Positions 48,337 to 57,593 are shown, counted from the stretch's first letter. The stretch: 64,000 nt of DNA from Candidatus Aminicenantales bacterium (GCA_049515535.1 JBEKTZ010000002.1:273467-337466), one strand, 5' to 3'. Numbers and translations: made by a program. The notes: generated by a model from the letters alone, not told the origin.

Positions 48337-50433
48337 TCACTTCGTCGTCAAATCGGCCACCCGGTCCCAATCGGCGGGCGGCCGATTCTGTTCAAAGCGC
48401 AGACACCGATCCAAATATAGTCCAGCCAGGGGATCTCCGGCAAGCGTTTTGAAACCCTCGATCGCCGCGTCCCATCGCCGGTCTCTGTAGCTTTGCAGGG
48501 CGCGATGATAGATTTCGATCGCCCGGATCCCGTCCGGAGAAACTTGACTCTTCTCGCCGACGAGCTCGTAGATCCTGACCGGCCGCGTCTTCCCGGAAAC
48601 TCGGACCAGATCCACTTCTCGCCCGACGATTTCGTCCTTGACCCGGGCGAACGTGCTTTCCCCGGCCAGGAGCGGGACGCGATAGAACTTGCAGGCGCTC
48701 TCCAGCCTCGCCGCCAGGTTCACGGTATCGCCCATGGCCGTGTAATCGAATCGCCGGCTCGAGCCCATGTTCCCCACGACGGCCGGTCCCGTGTTCAAAC
48801 CGATGCGCGCCCGAAGGACATGGCCGAACCTGCGCTCGAATTGCGCGGCGCTGTGGCCCAACTTCGTTTGGCAGGCCAGCGCGGCCCGGCACGCCTTCAA
48901 GACATGTCCGGGATCATCGAGCGGGGCGTTCCAAAAGGCGACGATCGCGTCTCCCTCATATTTGTCGAGCGTCCCGCCGGCGGTCAGGATGATGTCCGTC
49001 ATTTCCGAGAGATACGCGTTCAACAGGCCGACGAGCTCGTGAGGCGAGAGTTTTTCCGCGACGGTCGTGAAGCCCGCCACATCGGAAAAGAAAGACGTGA
49101 TCTCCCTCTCCTCTCCCCCGAGCCGAAGGAGCTCCGGAGTTTCGATGATGCGTTCGATGACGGCCGGACTCAAATAATGATGCAGGACGTTTTTGATGAA
49201 ACGGCGCTGCCGGCCTTCGACGCTGTAGTTTAAAACCGACGCGCCGATGAGCGTCAGGACCACGGCGACCATCGGAAAAACGACATCGAGCCAGACGCCC
49301 GCGGTCAAGGCCAAGACGGCGGCGGCCGCAGGAACGGCCGGAAAGACGAGAAACGTACCGGCGATGAGCCAAGCCTTCCGCAGAATCGACGCCGCGACCC
49401 CGACCAGAAGAGCCCAGAGAAATGTCAAAGCGGACAACGCCATCGGAGACGCGGGGCGGATGAAAGGTCCATGCAAAAGCGTGTCGAGGGCGGCGGCGTG
49501 GATCTCGACGCCCGGAATGACCGCGCTTAAGGGGCTGGATTTGAGGTCATGGAGGCCGACGGCGCTGAGTCCGACGAGGACGATCTTGCCCGCGAATTCC
49601 CGCGCCGGGATCTGCGGCTTCCGGCCGTCCTGCATTTGCGCCCAGGAATTGATGAGGGTCGCGATCGGATAGGCGCGGTAGGTCCCCGCCGGGCCCCAAA
49701 AGCGGATGATCATCCGGCCCGCTTCATCCTTGGGTATCAAGGACAAGTCCACGGTTCCCCGGACGAAGTTCGCCAGGGCCAAAGGAACGGAAGGCAGAGT
49801 CAGGTCGCGAAAGCCGAATGCGAGCGGCAGGCGTCGATAGATGCCGTCTCCGTCGGGATTGACCCCGACGTTGCCGACTCCTCGGGCGGCTTCGAGAAAA
49901 ATCCCCAGCGGCGCCGCGACGGACGTCAACCCCGTAACCGCCGGCGGACCGACCGGCGTCTTCGAAGAGAACCGGCCGAGGCGTTTGACTGCGGCCTCGT
50001 CGCTTTCCATCTCCTCCGCGCTGAGGGCAATGGGGACGAAAACGTTTCCCACATCGGCCATGGCGCGCGCCAGGATCGCATCGTCTTCCGCTTTATAAAC
50101 GGACGTTTCGGACATGGCCATATCCAAAAAACAGGCCGCCGCGCCGCCCGCTTTCAAATACCGGAGCAGATAGGCGTAGATCTCTCGCGGCCACGGCCAG
50201 GAAAGGCCCTGCTCTTTCCTATAGACGTCGAGGCTGTATTGGTCCACGAGGATGAGAACAATGTCTTTCCCGGCGCGTTCCGGATTGGCCATAAGCCGCA
50301 ATCTCGCGTCCCAGGATTTCCATTCGAGCGCCCGGAACAGATGAAGCGTTTGAAGGGCGAAAGCGATCAAAAACGCGGCGGCGCCGACGAGGATGCCACG
50401 CTCTATTTTCTTTTTCACTTCAGAGAGCCGCAA
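48337..50433 (-). CDS. CHASE2-domain membrane adenylate cyclase (class III)
   Basis: WPWPR, D.DG..RR, PGVEIHA (CHASE2); TM helices; FSDVAGFT, DKYEGD, DYTAMGDTVNLAARLES. The real start may be the GTG at 50418. Confidence 0.92.
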   Translation of the reverse strand: MRLSEVKKKIERGILVGAAAFLIAFALQTLHLFRALEWKSWDARLRLMANPERAGKDIVLILVDQYSLDVYRKEQGLSWPWPREIYAYLLRYLKAGGAAACFLDMAMSETSVYKAEDDAILARAMADVGNVFVPIALSAEEMESDEAAVKRLGRFSSKTPVGPPAVTGLTSVAAPLGIFLEAARGVGNVGVNPDGDGIYRRLPLAFGFRDLTLPSVPLALANFVRGTVDLSLIPKDEAGRMIIRFWGPAGTYRAYPIATLINSWAQMQDGRKPQIPAREFAGKIVLVGLSAVGLHDLKSSPLSAVIPGVEIHAAALDTLLHGPFIRPASPMALSALTFLWALLVGVAASILRKAWLIAGTFLVFPAVPAAAAVLALTAGVWLDVVFPMVAVVLTLIGASVLNYSVEGRQRRFIKNVLHHYLSPAVIERIIETPELLRLGGEEREITSFFSDVAGFTTVAEKLSPHELVGLLNAYLSEMTDIILTAGGTLDKYEGDAIVAFWNAPLDDPGHVLKACRAALACQTKLGHSAAQFERRFGHVLRARIGLNTGPAVVGNMGSSRRFDYTAMGDTVNLAARLESACKFYRVPLLAGESTFARVKDEIVGREVDLVRVSGKTRPVRIYELVGEKSQVSPDGIRAIEIYHRALQSYRDRRWDAAIEGFKTLAGDPLAGLYLDRCLRFEQNRPPADWDRVADLTTK

Positions 50434-51329
50434 TACTGCCGGAACCGCCGGGTCCGGACCTCTTCGATCCGGGGGGGCGTCCCCAAGCCCGCGATCCCCT
50501 TGTTGATAAGGGCGATCCTCTGCTCCGGCGTGGGATGCGTCTTGAACCAGCCCCTGCCCGCGGCGGCCGATCGATCGCCGACCATGGTCATGAGAAAACG
50601 GACGATGCCGTCGGGGGCGAAACCCGTCCGGGCCCCGAACTTGACGGCCAAGCCGTCGGCGTCATATTCGAATTGGCGGTCATAGCCGCGCTCGATGAGT
50701 TGCCCCACGATGTCGCTCAGCACACCTTCGAAAATGGTCGTCAATTGCGCCAGATCCTGCGGGCCGAACCGTTGGACGGCCTGCGCGCCGAGGAAGGCAA
50801 AGGCGTCCATGAGTCGCGATTTCTTGATGGCTTGAAGCCCATGTTTCGCGGCGACGTGGCCGATCTCGTGGGCCAGGATCAAGGCCAGCATTTCCTCGTC
50901 CTGACATCGCCGTAAGAGCCCTTTCGTCACGAAGATCATCCCGCCCGGCGCGGCGAGGGCGTTGATCTCGTCCGTATCGAGGACCAGGAAGTGATATCCG
51001 GCGTAAATCTCCGGCCGGTCGGAAAAAACGGCCACGGAGTTTCCGACGAGATTGACGTAGCGCGTGAGGCCGTCGTCTTGATAAACGGGATATTTGCCGA
51101 GAATCAGGGCGGCCACCGACCGCCCGATGTAATACTCCTCCTCTTCGGTGATATCGGCGAAAGAGCTCCGCAGTTTTTGGCCGGCTTCGATGACCGTCTT
51201 CGCGTCGTTGGCCGTCGACATCGCGGAATTCAAGACTCCGGTCGCCTGCTGGATCGCCGAACACGCCACGAGAAGCGCCGCGAAACCCAAGGCCGCCAGA
51301 GACACGGTTCCGATGCGCGCGGCCTTCAT
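50415..51329 (-). CDS. M48-family zinc metallopeptidase lipoprotein
   Basis: Lipobox LVAC; NALAAPGG.I.V..GL, HEIGH, EYDAD, THP.P..R. Confidence 0.9.
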   Translation of the reverse strand: MKAARIGTVSLAALGFAALLVACSAIQQATGVLNSAMSTANDAKTVIEAGQKLRSSFADITEEEEYYIGRSVAALILGKYPVYQDDGLTRYVNLVGNSVAVFSDRPEIYAGYHFLVLDTDEINALAAPGGMIFVTKGLLRRCQDEEMLALILAHEIGHVAAKHGLQAIKKSRLMDAFAFLGAQAVQRFGPQDLAQLTTIFEGVLSDIVGQLIERGYDRQFEYDADGLAVKFGARTGFAPDGIVRFLMTMVGDRSAAAGRGWFKTHPTPEQRIALINKGIAGLGTPPRIEEVRTRRFRQYCGSLK

Positions 51330-51811
51330 TTCGCGCCTCCGAATGCGCCGAGCTTGCCCTTCTTGAGAAAATCCTCCACTTGGGCAAGATCGACCTTGAT
51401 CCGAAGCATAGCCTCAACGCCGGCGAAGTTCGCTTCGCCGTGTTTGGCCCTGTAACTGTCTTCGACTTGACTGTTGAAGCCCTTGCCGGCCAGGGCGACC
51501 TCGCCGGCCGAGGCCTGCGTCTTCATATTCTTATTCATCGCCTGAAGGCTGAACTTGGAGATCTCCACGGCGCTCGAATGGACCCAGCCGACCGCCCCGG
51601 AGGCGGCCTTCACTTGGATCCAGCCGTTCGCCTCGCTCACTTTTTCGAGCTTCTCCCCGGCTTTCAGCGTCGCGATCGACGCGGCGAAAAACTGCGGGCT
51701 CTTCCGGATCTGCGTCGTCTGAACACTGACGACGAGGAGGTCGGCCGCGGCCGTCGCCAGGGACAAGGTCATGGCGACGAGAAGAATGACGAAGGACCTG
51801 GGTTTTCTCAT
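51326..51811 (-). CDS. Secreted SH3b-domain protein
   Basis: Signal peptide; IR.SP, GW.QV....G..GWVH; C-terminal EVALAGKGF motif. An alternative start at 51832 overlaps the recD2 stop. Confidence 0.8.
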   Translation of the reverse strand: MRKPRSFVILLVAMTLSLATAAADLLVVSVQTTQIRKSPQFFAASIATLKAGEKLEKVSEANGWIQVKAASGAVGWVHSSAVEISKFSLQAMNKNMKTQASAGEVALAGKGFNSQVEDSYRAKHGEANFAGVEAMLRIKVDLAQVEDFLKKGKLGAFGGAK

Positions 51812-51828
51812 AAGGGTTTCTCTCCGCT

Positions 51829-54018
51829 TCATCGTAAATCAAACCCGCTTCCCGCCTCAAGGAGCTTTTCCTTGATCAGGCTGTTACGCTTGACGGGTTT
51901 GTCGTTCTTGATGGCGATGTAAAGGGCCTTGTATGACCCGATGATGATGCTCAATTTTTTGGCCCTGGTGAGCGCCGTGTAAAAGAGATTCCTCTGGAGC
52001 ATGATGAAATGCTGGGTCAGGAGCGGCATGACCACAGCCTGGTATTCGCTGCCCTGCGCTTTGTGCACGGAAACGGCATAGGCCAGGGTGATGTCGTCCA
52101 GGTCGTCCTTTTCATAGAACACGGGGCGGCCTTCGAAATGGACAATGACCCGGTATTTCGCCTTGTCGATATGGACGACGGTGCCGATGTCGCCGTTGAA
52201 GACGTCCTTCTCATAGTCGTTCCGGATCTGCATGACTTTATCGTGGAGCTTGATCTCGCGGCTCCCGACCCGGATGCCGTCCGCGGCGCCGTTGAGCCTT
52301 TTCTGGAGTTCCGCGTTCAGCCGATCCACGCCGACAAATCCTTTATACATCGGGCTGATGACTTGAATCTGGGGTGAGAGAGGGGGAAGGTTGAGCTTCT
52401 TCGGAATGCTGTAGCCGCAGAGGTTGAGGATCGTTTTGGAAACCTTCTGCTCGTCTTCCTGGTGGATGAAATAGAAATCCGAGTCCTTGTCCTCGCGGGG
52501 CGGGTAAAGGATGGACTGTCCCTGGTTGATCCGATGGGCGTTCTGGATGATGAGGCTGTTGCGCTCCTGGCGGAAGATCTCGTCGAGCCGGACGACGCTG
52601 ACTTGTCCCGATTCGATGAGGTCGCGGAGGAGGGTCCCGGGTCCGAGGGCCGGCAGCTGGTCCTTGTCGCCGACGATAATCAGGCGCATCGAGGCCGGCA
52701 CGGCCTTGATCAGCGAGGACATGAGCGAGAGATCAACCATGGAAAATTCGTCGATGATGATCGCGTCGCCGGTCAGCGGATGCCGATCGTTCCGGCGGAA
52801 GCCGTTGAGCCTCGGGTTGAATTCGAGCGTCCGGTGAATGGTCTTGGCCTCTTTGCCGGTGGTCTCCGAGAGCCGCTTGGCCGCCCGGCCCGTCGGAGCG
52901 GCGAGCAGGATCTTCTTTCCCCATTTGTCGAAGACGGCGGTCACGGCCTTGATGATCGTCGTTTTTCCCGTGCCCGGCCCGCCCGTGATGACCAGGATTT
53001 TTTTCTGGAAGCTTTCCCGGATCGCCGTCTTCTGGGTTTCCGAAAAAGCGATGGCGAGGTCCTTTTCGACGTCGGCGATCACCAGATCGATGTCAAACGG
53101 GGGCTGGAAAAACGGGGCGCGGGCCAGGGTGTGAATCGACCGGACGACGTCGGTCTGCGCCTGAAAAAAGAAGGGCCGGTAGACCGCCGTATCCGTGGCG
53201 AGCTTTTCGGCGACGACGAGCTTCTCGGCTTTCAAGTTTTCGAGCGCGGCCCGGATCATCTCGTCGTCGAGACCGATCTCTTCCCGGCAGCGGCTCATGA
53301 GCTCGCTTTCGAACGAAAAGACATGCCCCTGCTCATTGTCTTTTTCGAGGAGATAAAGAATGAACGCCTTGAGGCGCTGCGGGGACGCGGGGTCGATGCC
53401 AAGTTTCAGGGCGATCTGATCGGCGGTCTTGAAACCGATGCCCACGATATCGAGGCAGAGCTGGTAAGGATTCGTTTTCAGGACATGATAGGACTTTTGC
53501 CCGTAATGGCGATAGATCCTCGTCGCCAGGTTCGTCGAAACGTTGTGTTCCTGAAGGAAGATGATGAGGTCCCGGATGTCCTGATGTTCCGCCCAGGATT
53601 TCTTGATCTCGCGGAGCTTGACGGCGCCGACGCCGTCCACGTCTTTCATCCGGTCGGGATGACGGGAGAGGATGTCGAGCGTCTCTTCCCCGAATTTCTT
53701 GACGATGCGCTTGGCCAAGACCGGTCCGATGCCCTTGATGAGGCCGCAGGACAGAAATTTTTCGATCCCTTTGGCGCTCGACGGCAGGACAGGGACGAAG
53801 CTTTCCGCCTTGAACTGGGGGCCGAACTTCGGATTCAGCTCCCATTGTCCCGAGATTTTCAGACGTTCGCCGGGAGAGAGGGGCGGGAAGCTGCCGACGA
53901 CCACTTTCGTTTCGCCGTCGTCGATGGAAAATTTAAGGACCGAATAGCCATTCTCAGGGTTGAAGAAGAGGATCTGTTCGATCGTCCCTTCGAGCTGTTC
54001 CGCCATTTTTTCTATCAT
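51829..54018 (-). CDS. recD2: ATP-dependent RecD-like DNA helicase
   Basis: N-terminal HhH motif (IKGIGP), TGGPGTGKTT, APTGRAAKRL, DEFSM, GDKDQL, YAVSVHKAQGSEY, YTALTRAK. Confidence 0.94.
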   Translation of the reverse strand: MIEKMAEQLEGTIEQILFFNPENGYSVLKFSIDDGETKVVVGSFPPLSPGERLKISGQWELNPKFGPQFKAESFVPVLPSSAKGIEKFLSCGLIKGIGPVLAKRIVKKFGEETLDILSRHPDRMKDVDGVGAVKLREIKKSWAEHQDIRDLIIFLQEHNVSTNLATRIYRHYGQKSYHVLKTNPYQLCLDIVGIGFKTADQIALKLGIDPASPQRLKAFILYLLEKDNEQGHVFSFESELMSRCREEIGLDDEMIRAALENLKAEKLVVAEKLATDTAVYRPFFFQAQTDVVRSIHTLARAPFFQPPFDIDLVIADVEKDLAIAFSETQKTAIRESFQKKILVITGGPGTGKTTIIKAVTAVFDKWGKKILLAAPTGRAAKRLSETTGKEAKTIHRTLEFNPRLNGFRRNDRHPLTGDAIIIDEFSMVDLSLMSSLIKAVPASMRLIIVGDKDQLPALGPGTLLRDLIESGQVSVVRLDEIFRQERNSLIIQNAHRINQGQSILYPPREDKDSDFYFIHQEDEQKVSKTILNLCGYSIPKKLNLPPLSPQIQVISPMYKGFVGVDRLNAELQKRLNGAADGIRVGSREIKLHDKVMQIRNDYEKDVFNGDIGTVVHIDKAKYRVIVHFEGRPVFYEKDDLDDITLAYAVSVHKAQGSEYQAVVMPLLTQHFIMLQRNLFYTALTRAKKLSIIIGSYKALYIAIKNDKPVKRNSLIKEKLLEAGSGFDLR

Positions 54019-54125
54019 ATGTGATTCAACGGCGGGGGTCAAATACGGCGTAACATCGGGCTGGAGGATCGCCGGCGACGCGCGGAATGCATCCTAAAAC
54101 GGTCCCATATGTATCTTTATTTATC

Positions 54126-55172
54126 TTAATGAACATACCCCATCGCCAGGGCCAACTCTGCGTTGAGGACGGCCGCCCCGGCCGCGCCGCGAACGAGGTT
54201 GTTCACCAGGAGCGTGAATCGGAGATCGAAGATAGGGTCGGCCCGCAGCCGTCCGATGGTCACGGTCATCCCCGCTCCTCGGCCCGCGTCGAGAACCGGC
54301 TGGGGACGATCCGCGCCCTTATGCAGAAAAAGGGGGTGCTCGGGGGCCGTCGGCAAACGCCAGTCACGGAAGGGAGCGAACGAGGATATCGCCGCCGCGG
54401 CGTCTTCGAGCGAAGGCTTCTCACCGAACTCGACGGCCACGGTCATGAGATGGCCCTCGGTCGTCGCCACGCGGTTGCATTGCGCGCTGATCCGGATGTC
54501 CGCCGGAGACATCCCGTCTCCCAGGATCTTGCGCGGCTCCGCTTCGATCTTCTCTTCCTCGCCCGGAATATTCGGAAGGACGTTCCCGGCGATGTCGAGC
54601 GAGGGCACGCCCGGGTATCCGGCCCCGGACAGGGCTTGCATCGTCGTGACGAACACGCGCCTCGCGGCGAAACGCCGGTGGAGCGGGGCCAGGGCCAGGA
54701 CGAGCCCGGCCGTCGAACAGTTCGGATTCGTCACGATCCCGCCCGGCGCGAACGCCTGCCGTTCGATGAGGCGGAGGTGCTCGGCGTTCACTTCGGGAAT
54801 GACGAGCGGCACCGATTCCGCCATGCGGTGATTCTTCGCGTTGGAAAAAACGAGAGATCCGGACCGGGCGAATTCCTCTTCAACCGGACCGGCTATCGCG
54901 GCGTCGAGGGCGCTGAAGACGAGGCGCGCCTCCGGGTCCGGGCGACATTCGCGCACGATCATGTCCCGAACGCCCGCAGGGACGTCGCCCGGAACGCGCC
55001 AGCGGCCTTTCACCGCTTCCTCGAACGGCAGGCCCGCGCTCTCCCCCGACGCGCAAAGCGCCCCGATCTCGAACCAGGGATGGTTCTCGAGCCGGACGAC
55101 GATGCGTTGGCCGACAATTCCCGTCGCGCCCAGGATCGAAACTCGAATTTTCTTCATTCGGTCCTCCGTCAT
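54126..55172 (-). CDS. asd: Aspartate-semialdehyde dehydrogenase (archaeal/eukaryote-like subtype)
   Basis: GATG.VGQ, PEVN..H, NPNCST, QALSGAG, EEEK, NN..RGAAG.A.LNAE. Confidence 0.9.
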   Translation of the reverse strand: MTEDRMKKIRVSILGATGIVGQRIVVRLENHPWFEIGALCASGESAGLPFEEAVKGRWRVPGDVPAGVRDMIVRECRPDPEARLVFSALDAAIAGPVEEEFARSGSLVFSNAKNHRMAESVPLVIPEVNAEHLRLIERQAFAPGGIVTNPNCSTAGLVLALAPLHRRFAARRVFVTTMQALSGAGYPGVPSLDIAGNVLPNIPGEEEKIEAEPRKILGDGMSPADIRISAQCNRVATTEGHLMTVAVEFGEKPSLEDAAAAISSFAPFRDWRLPTAPEHPLFLHKGADRPQPVLDAGRGAGMTVTIGRLRADPIFDLRFTLLVNNLVRGAAGAAVLNAELALAMGYVH

Positions 55173-55990
55173 CACGCCGTCTTGGCCCGGCGGACCAGGG
55201 TCCCCCGGCTCCCGACCGCGCTCCCGGTCACGCGGAAGTCGCAGGCGATGATATCCAGCACGCGCGGATCGAGGATTTTTTCCGGGCACGCCGCGCGGAG
55301 CCGATCGACATCGGTCATCCGGATCAGCCGCTGTTTGTCTGTCTGAAAACAGGAGAAGATCCCCCCGACATCCTTCAGAAAAATGGTCAGGTCGACCTTA
55401 TCGTCGAGGGCCGAGAGGATGGCCGCCACATAATCCGAAGCGTTCCGTCCGAGCAGCGCCGGTTCGTCGCGCCCGTTGACCGCGCCGAAACCGGAAAGGA
55501 TGAGGACCCGCTCGTCGCGATAGATCCGCTCGAAGACGACGAACCGCCGGCGCGATGCGGCGAGGTCGAGGTTCGAGCGGAGATATGCGCCCGTGACGAC
55601 GATGGGAAAAAGTCCGAGTTGCGTCACGATCTTTGCCCGGACGCCTTCTTCCAAAAGCGCCTCGGAGAGAATGTGCGCGGCTTCAATCTCGCCCCAGAGG
55701 AGGGCCAACGAATACCGGGGCCGGTTCCATTTCACGTCCGGCAAGAATGCGCCCGCGTCCCATTCCAGCAGACGCCGCAGCCCGCTCTTGGCCTCAGGGT
55801 CGGGGGCGAGCCGGTCGATCGCCCGGTCGGTCGCGCCCTTCATCGCCGAAACGACGATATAAAGCCTTTCGATGCCGCTTTCAGCGCGGAGAAAATCGGC
55901 GATGTGGGCGGCCACGGAGGGGAAGGACGCTTCGTCGGGGAGAACCGATCCTCCGATCTTGAGGACGACTCTTCTTTTTTCGGCGTTCAT
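55172..55990 (-). CDS. Aspartokinase-like amino-acid kinase, catalytic domain only
   Basis: VLKIGGS, VVSAMKG.TD, GE, GF, LGR.ASDY.A, KDVGG; no ACT domains. Confidence 0.75.
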   Translation of the reverse strand: MNAEKRRVVLKIGGSVLPDEASFPSVAAHIADFLRAESGIERLYIVVSAMKGATDRAIDRLAPDPEAKSGLRRLLEWDAGAFLPDVKWNRPRYSLALLWGEIEAAHILSEALLEEGVRAKIVTQLGLFPIVVTGAYLRSNLDLAASRRRFVVFERIYRDERVLILSGFGAVNGRDEPALLGRNASDYVAAILSALDDKVDLTIFLKDVGGIFSCFQTDKQRLIRMTDVDRLRAACPEKILDPRVLDIIACDFRVTGSAVGSRGTLVRRAKTA

Positions 55991-57213
55991 AGGCCGCCAC
56001 CGGGGTCGACTCGAACATCGATTCTATCATTCTCGCGGCGCGCCTCTTCCCTGGATAACGGGATCGTCCGGTCCAGGGCCTGGGCGAGGTCGTCGATCAA
56101 ATCGGCCGAGTCTTCGATTCCGACGCTCAGACGGATGAGGCCGTCCGAAATGCCGTTCCGCCGCCGCACCTCGGGTTCGACGCTGGCATGGGTCATGGTT
56201 GGGGGGTGGCAGAGAAGGGATTTCACCGAGCCGAGCGATTCGGCCAGGGTGAAGATCCGCGTCCGAGAGGCGAACTTCTTCGCTTCCTCAACGTCGGCCG
56301 CGAGCTCGAAGGAGACCATCGCCCCGAACAGCTTCTGCTGCCGCTTCGCGACTTCGTGCCCCGGATGTCCCGGCAGGCCCGGGAAGTAGACCCGGGCTAT
56401 TTTCGGGTGTCCCTCCAGGAATTCGGCGACGTTTGCCGCGTTGGCGCAATGGCGCTCCATCCGAACGCCGAGGGTCTTGATGCCGCGCAGCGTCAGGAAG
56501 CAGTCCTGGGGTCCGGGGACGGCGCCGACCGCGTTCTGGCAGAAGCGCAACTCGCCGGCCAGGCCGGGGTCCCGGGTGACGAGAGCCCCGCCGATCACGT
56601 CGGAGTGGCCGCTTAAATATTTCGTCGTGGAGTGGAGGACGATGTCGGCGCCGAGGTCCAACGGCCGTTGGAGGTAGGGAGAGGCGAATGTGTTATCGAC
56701 GATGAGCCGGAGGCCCGGCCGTCTCTTCGCTATACGCGCCACCGCGGCGATATCCGTGATCCGGAGGAGCGGGTTCGAGGGCGATTCCAGCCAAAGAAGC
56801 TTTGTCGACGGCCGCAGCGCCGTTTCGACCCGGGCCGGATTTGTCATATCGATAAACTCGAATTCCAGTCCGAACTTGGCATAAACCTTGGTGAACAGAC
56901 GGTAAACGCCGCCATAGAGATCCCGGGCGGCCACGATGTGGTCGCCGCTCCGGAGCAGGTTCAAACAGGCGCTCGCCGCGGCGAGGCCGCTGCCGAAGGC
57001 GATGCCGGACCCGCCGCCTTCGAGGGCGGCGAGGTTCTCCTCGAGGGCCCGCCGGGTGGGATTATCCGTACGCGAGTAGCTGAACCCCTTTGTGACCCCG
57101 GGTTCAGCCTGTCCATATGTCGAAGTCTGGTAGATGGGAAAAGCGACCGCGCCGGTCCGTTCGTCGTTCGGTTGTCCGGCATGGATCGCCAGAGTGTCGA
57201 ATCCGTAGCTCAT
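55987..57213 (-). CDS. Cystathionine gamma-synthase/gamma-lyase family PLP enzyme
   Basis: PIYQTST, YSR..NPT, ESPSNP, DNTFASP, HSTTKYLSGHSD, AESLG, RLSVGIE. Confidence 0.92.
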   Translation of the reverse strand: MSYGFDTLAIHAGQPNDERTGAVAFPIYQTSTYGQAEPGVTKGFSYSRTDNPTRRALEENLAALEGGGSGIAFGSGLAAASACLNLLRSGDHIVAARDLYGGVYRLFTKVYAKFGLEFEFIDMTNPARVETALRPSTKLLWLESPSNPLLRITDIAAVARIAKRRPGLRLIVDNTFASPYLQRPLDLGADIVLHSTTKYLSGHSDVIGGALVTRDPGLAGELRFCQNAVGAVPGPQDCFLTLRGIKTLGVRMERHCANAANVAEFLEGHPKIARVYFPGLPGHPGHEVAKRQQKLFGAMVSFELAADVEEAKKFASRTRIFTLAESLGSVKSLLCHPPTMTHASVEPEVRRRNGISDGLIRLSVGIEDSADLIDDLAQALDRTIPLSREEARRENDRIDVRVDPGGGL

Positions 57214-57330
57214 TTTTTTCTCCTTGCCTGGTCAATGGGTGAAGAACGAAAAAGCCAGGGTGTGTTGTCGGTCAGCCCAAGCAGGGAGTCGATGGGATAT
57301 GGAGGGGGATCGAATCGAAGTCGCGAGCGA

Positions 57331-57423
57331 CTATCGGATCGCCCGGCACAGGCCCATCGGCCCCGTGCTCGGGCCAGGCATCGCCATGAAGCCTGTTAGG
57401 TCGGTCCGAAAATCGCTTAGCAT
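57331..57423 (-). CDS. Candidate leaderless leader peptide (30 aa)
   Basis: MLSDFRTDLTGFMAMPGPSTGPMGLCRAIR*; the ATG lies at the predicted transcription start. Confidence 0.4.
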   Translation of the reverse strand: MLSDFRTDLTGFMAMPGPSTGPMGLCRAIR

Positions 57424-57430
57424 GGCCGTC

Positions 57431-57458
57431 ATTATACGGGAGTCCGCGGCGTTGTCAA
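57431..57458 (-). promoter_or_regulatory. Consensus sigma70 promoter of the CGS-AK-asd operon
   Basis: TTGACA-N16-TATAAT on the minus strand. Confidence 0.75.
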
Positions 57459-57476
57459 GTCAATCCCGCTGAATCT

Positions 57477-57545
57477 CTGACCGGAGTGCAGTTTCGGGGA
57501 CATGATTCCCTGTACGCCTCGTCTTGGAAACTGGACTACGGTCAG
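57477..57545. repeat. Long imperfect inverted repeat related to 4281-4306
   Basis: CTGACCGGAGTGCAGTTTC ... GAAACTGGACTACGGTCAG. Confidence 0.65.
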
Positions 57546-57593
57546 CGTTGAATCGGCATTGACCGCTTCTCTATTTCATGTTACTTTTTTCCC

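Noticed and set aside
45960..51832. Calling the cNMP operon a canonical Pycsar/CBASS system
   Set aside because: The cyclase is a CHASE2 receptor type with ATP-specifying residues, and no CD-NTase or typical Pycsar effector is present. A defence role remains only a hypothesis.
57214..57430. SAM-I riboswitch or T-box upstream of the cystathionine gamma-synthase-like gene
   Set aside because: Core elements (ATC.AGAG...GCAACC...GTGC.AA.TCC; AAGGTGGTACC) were not found by eye. An Rfam scan is needed to exclude other classes.
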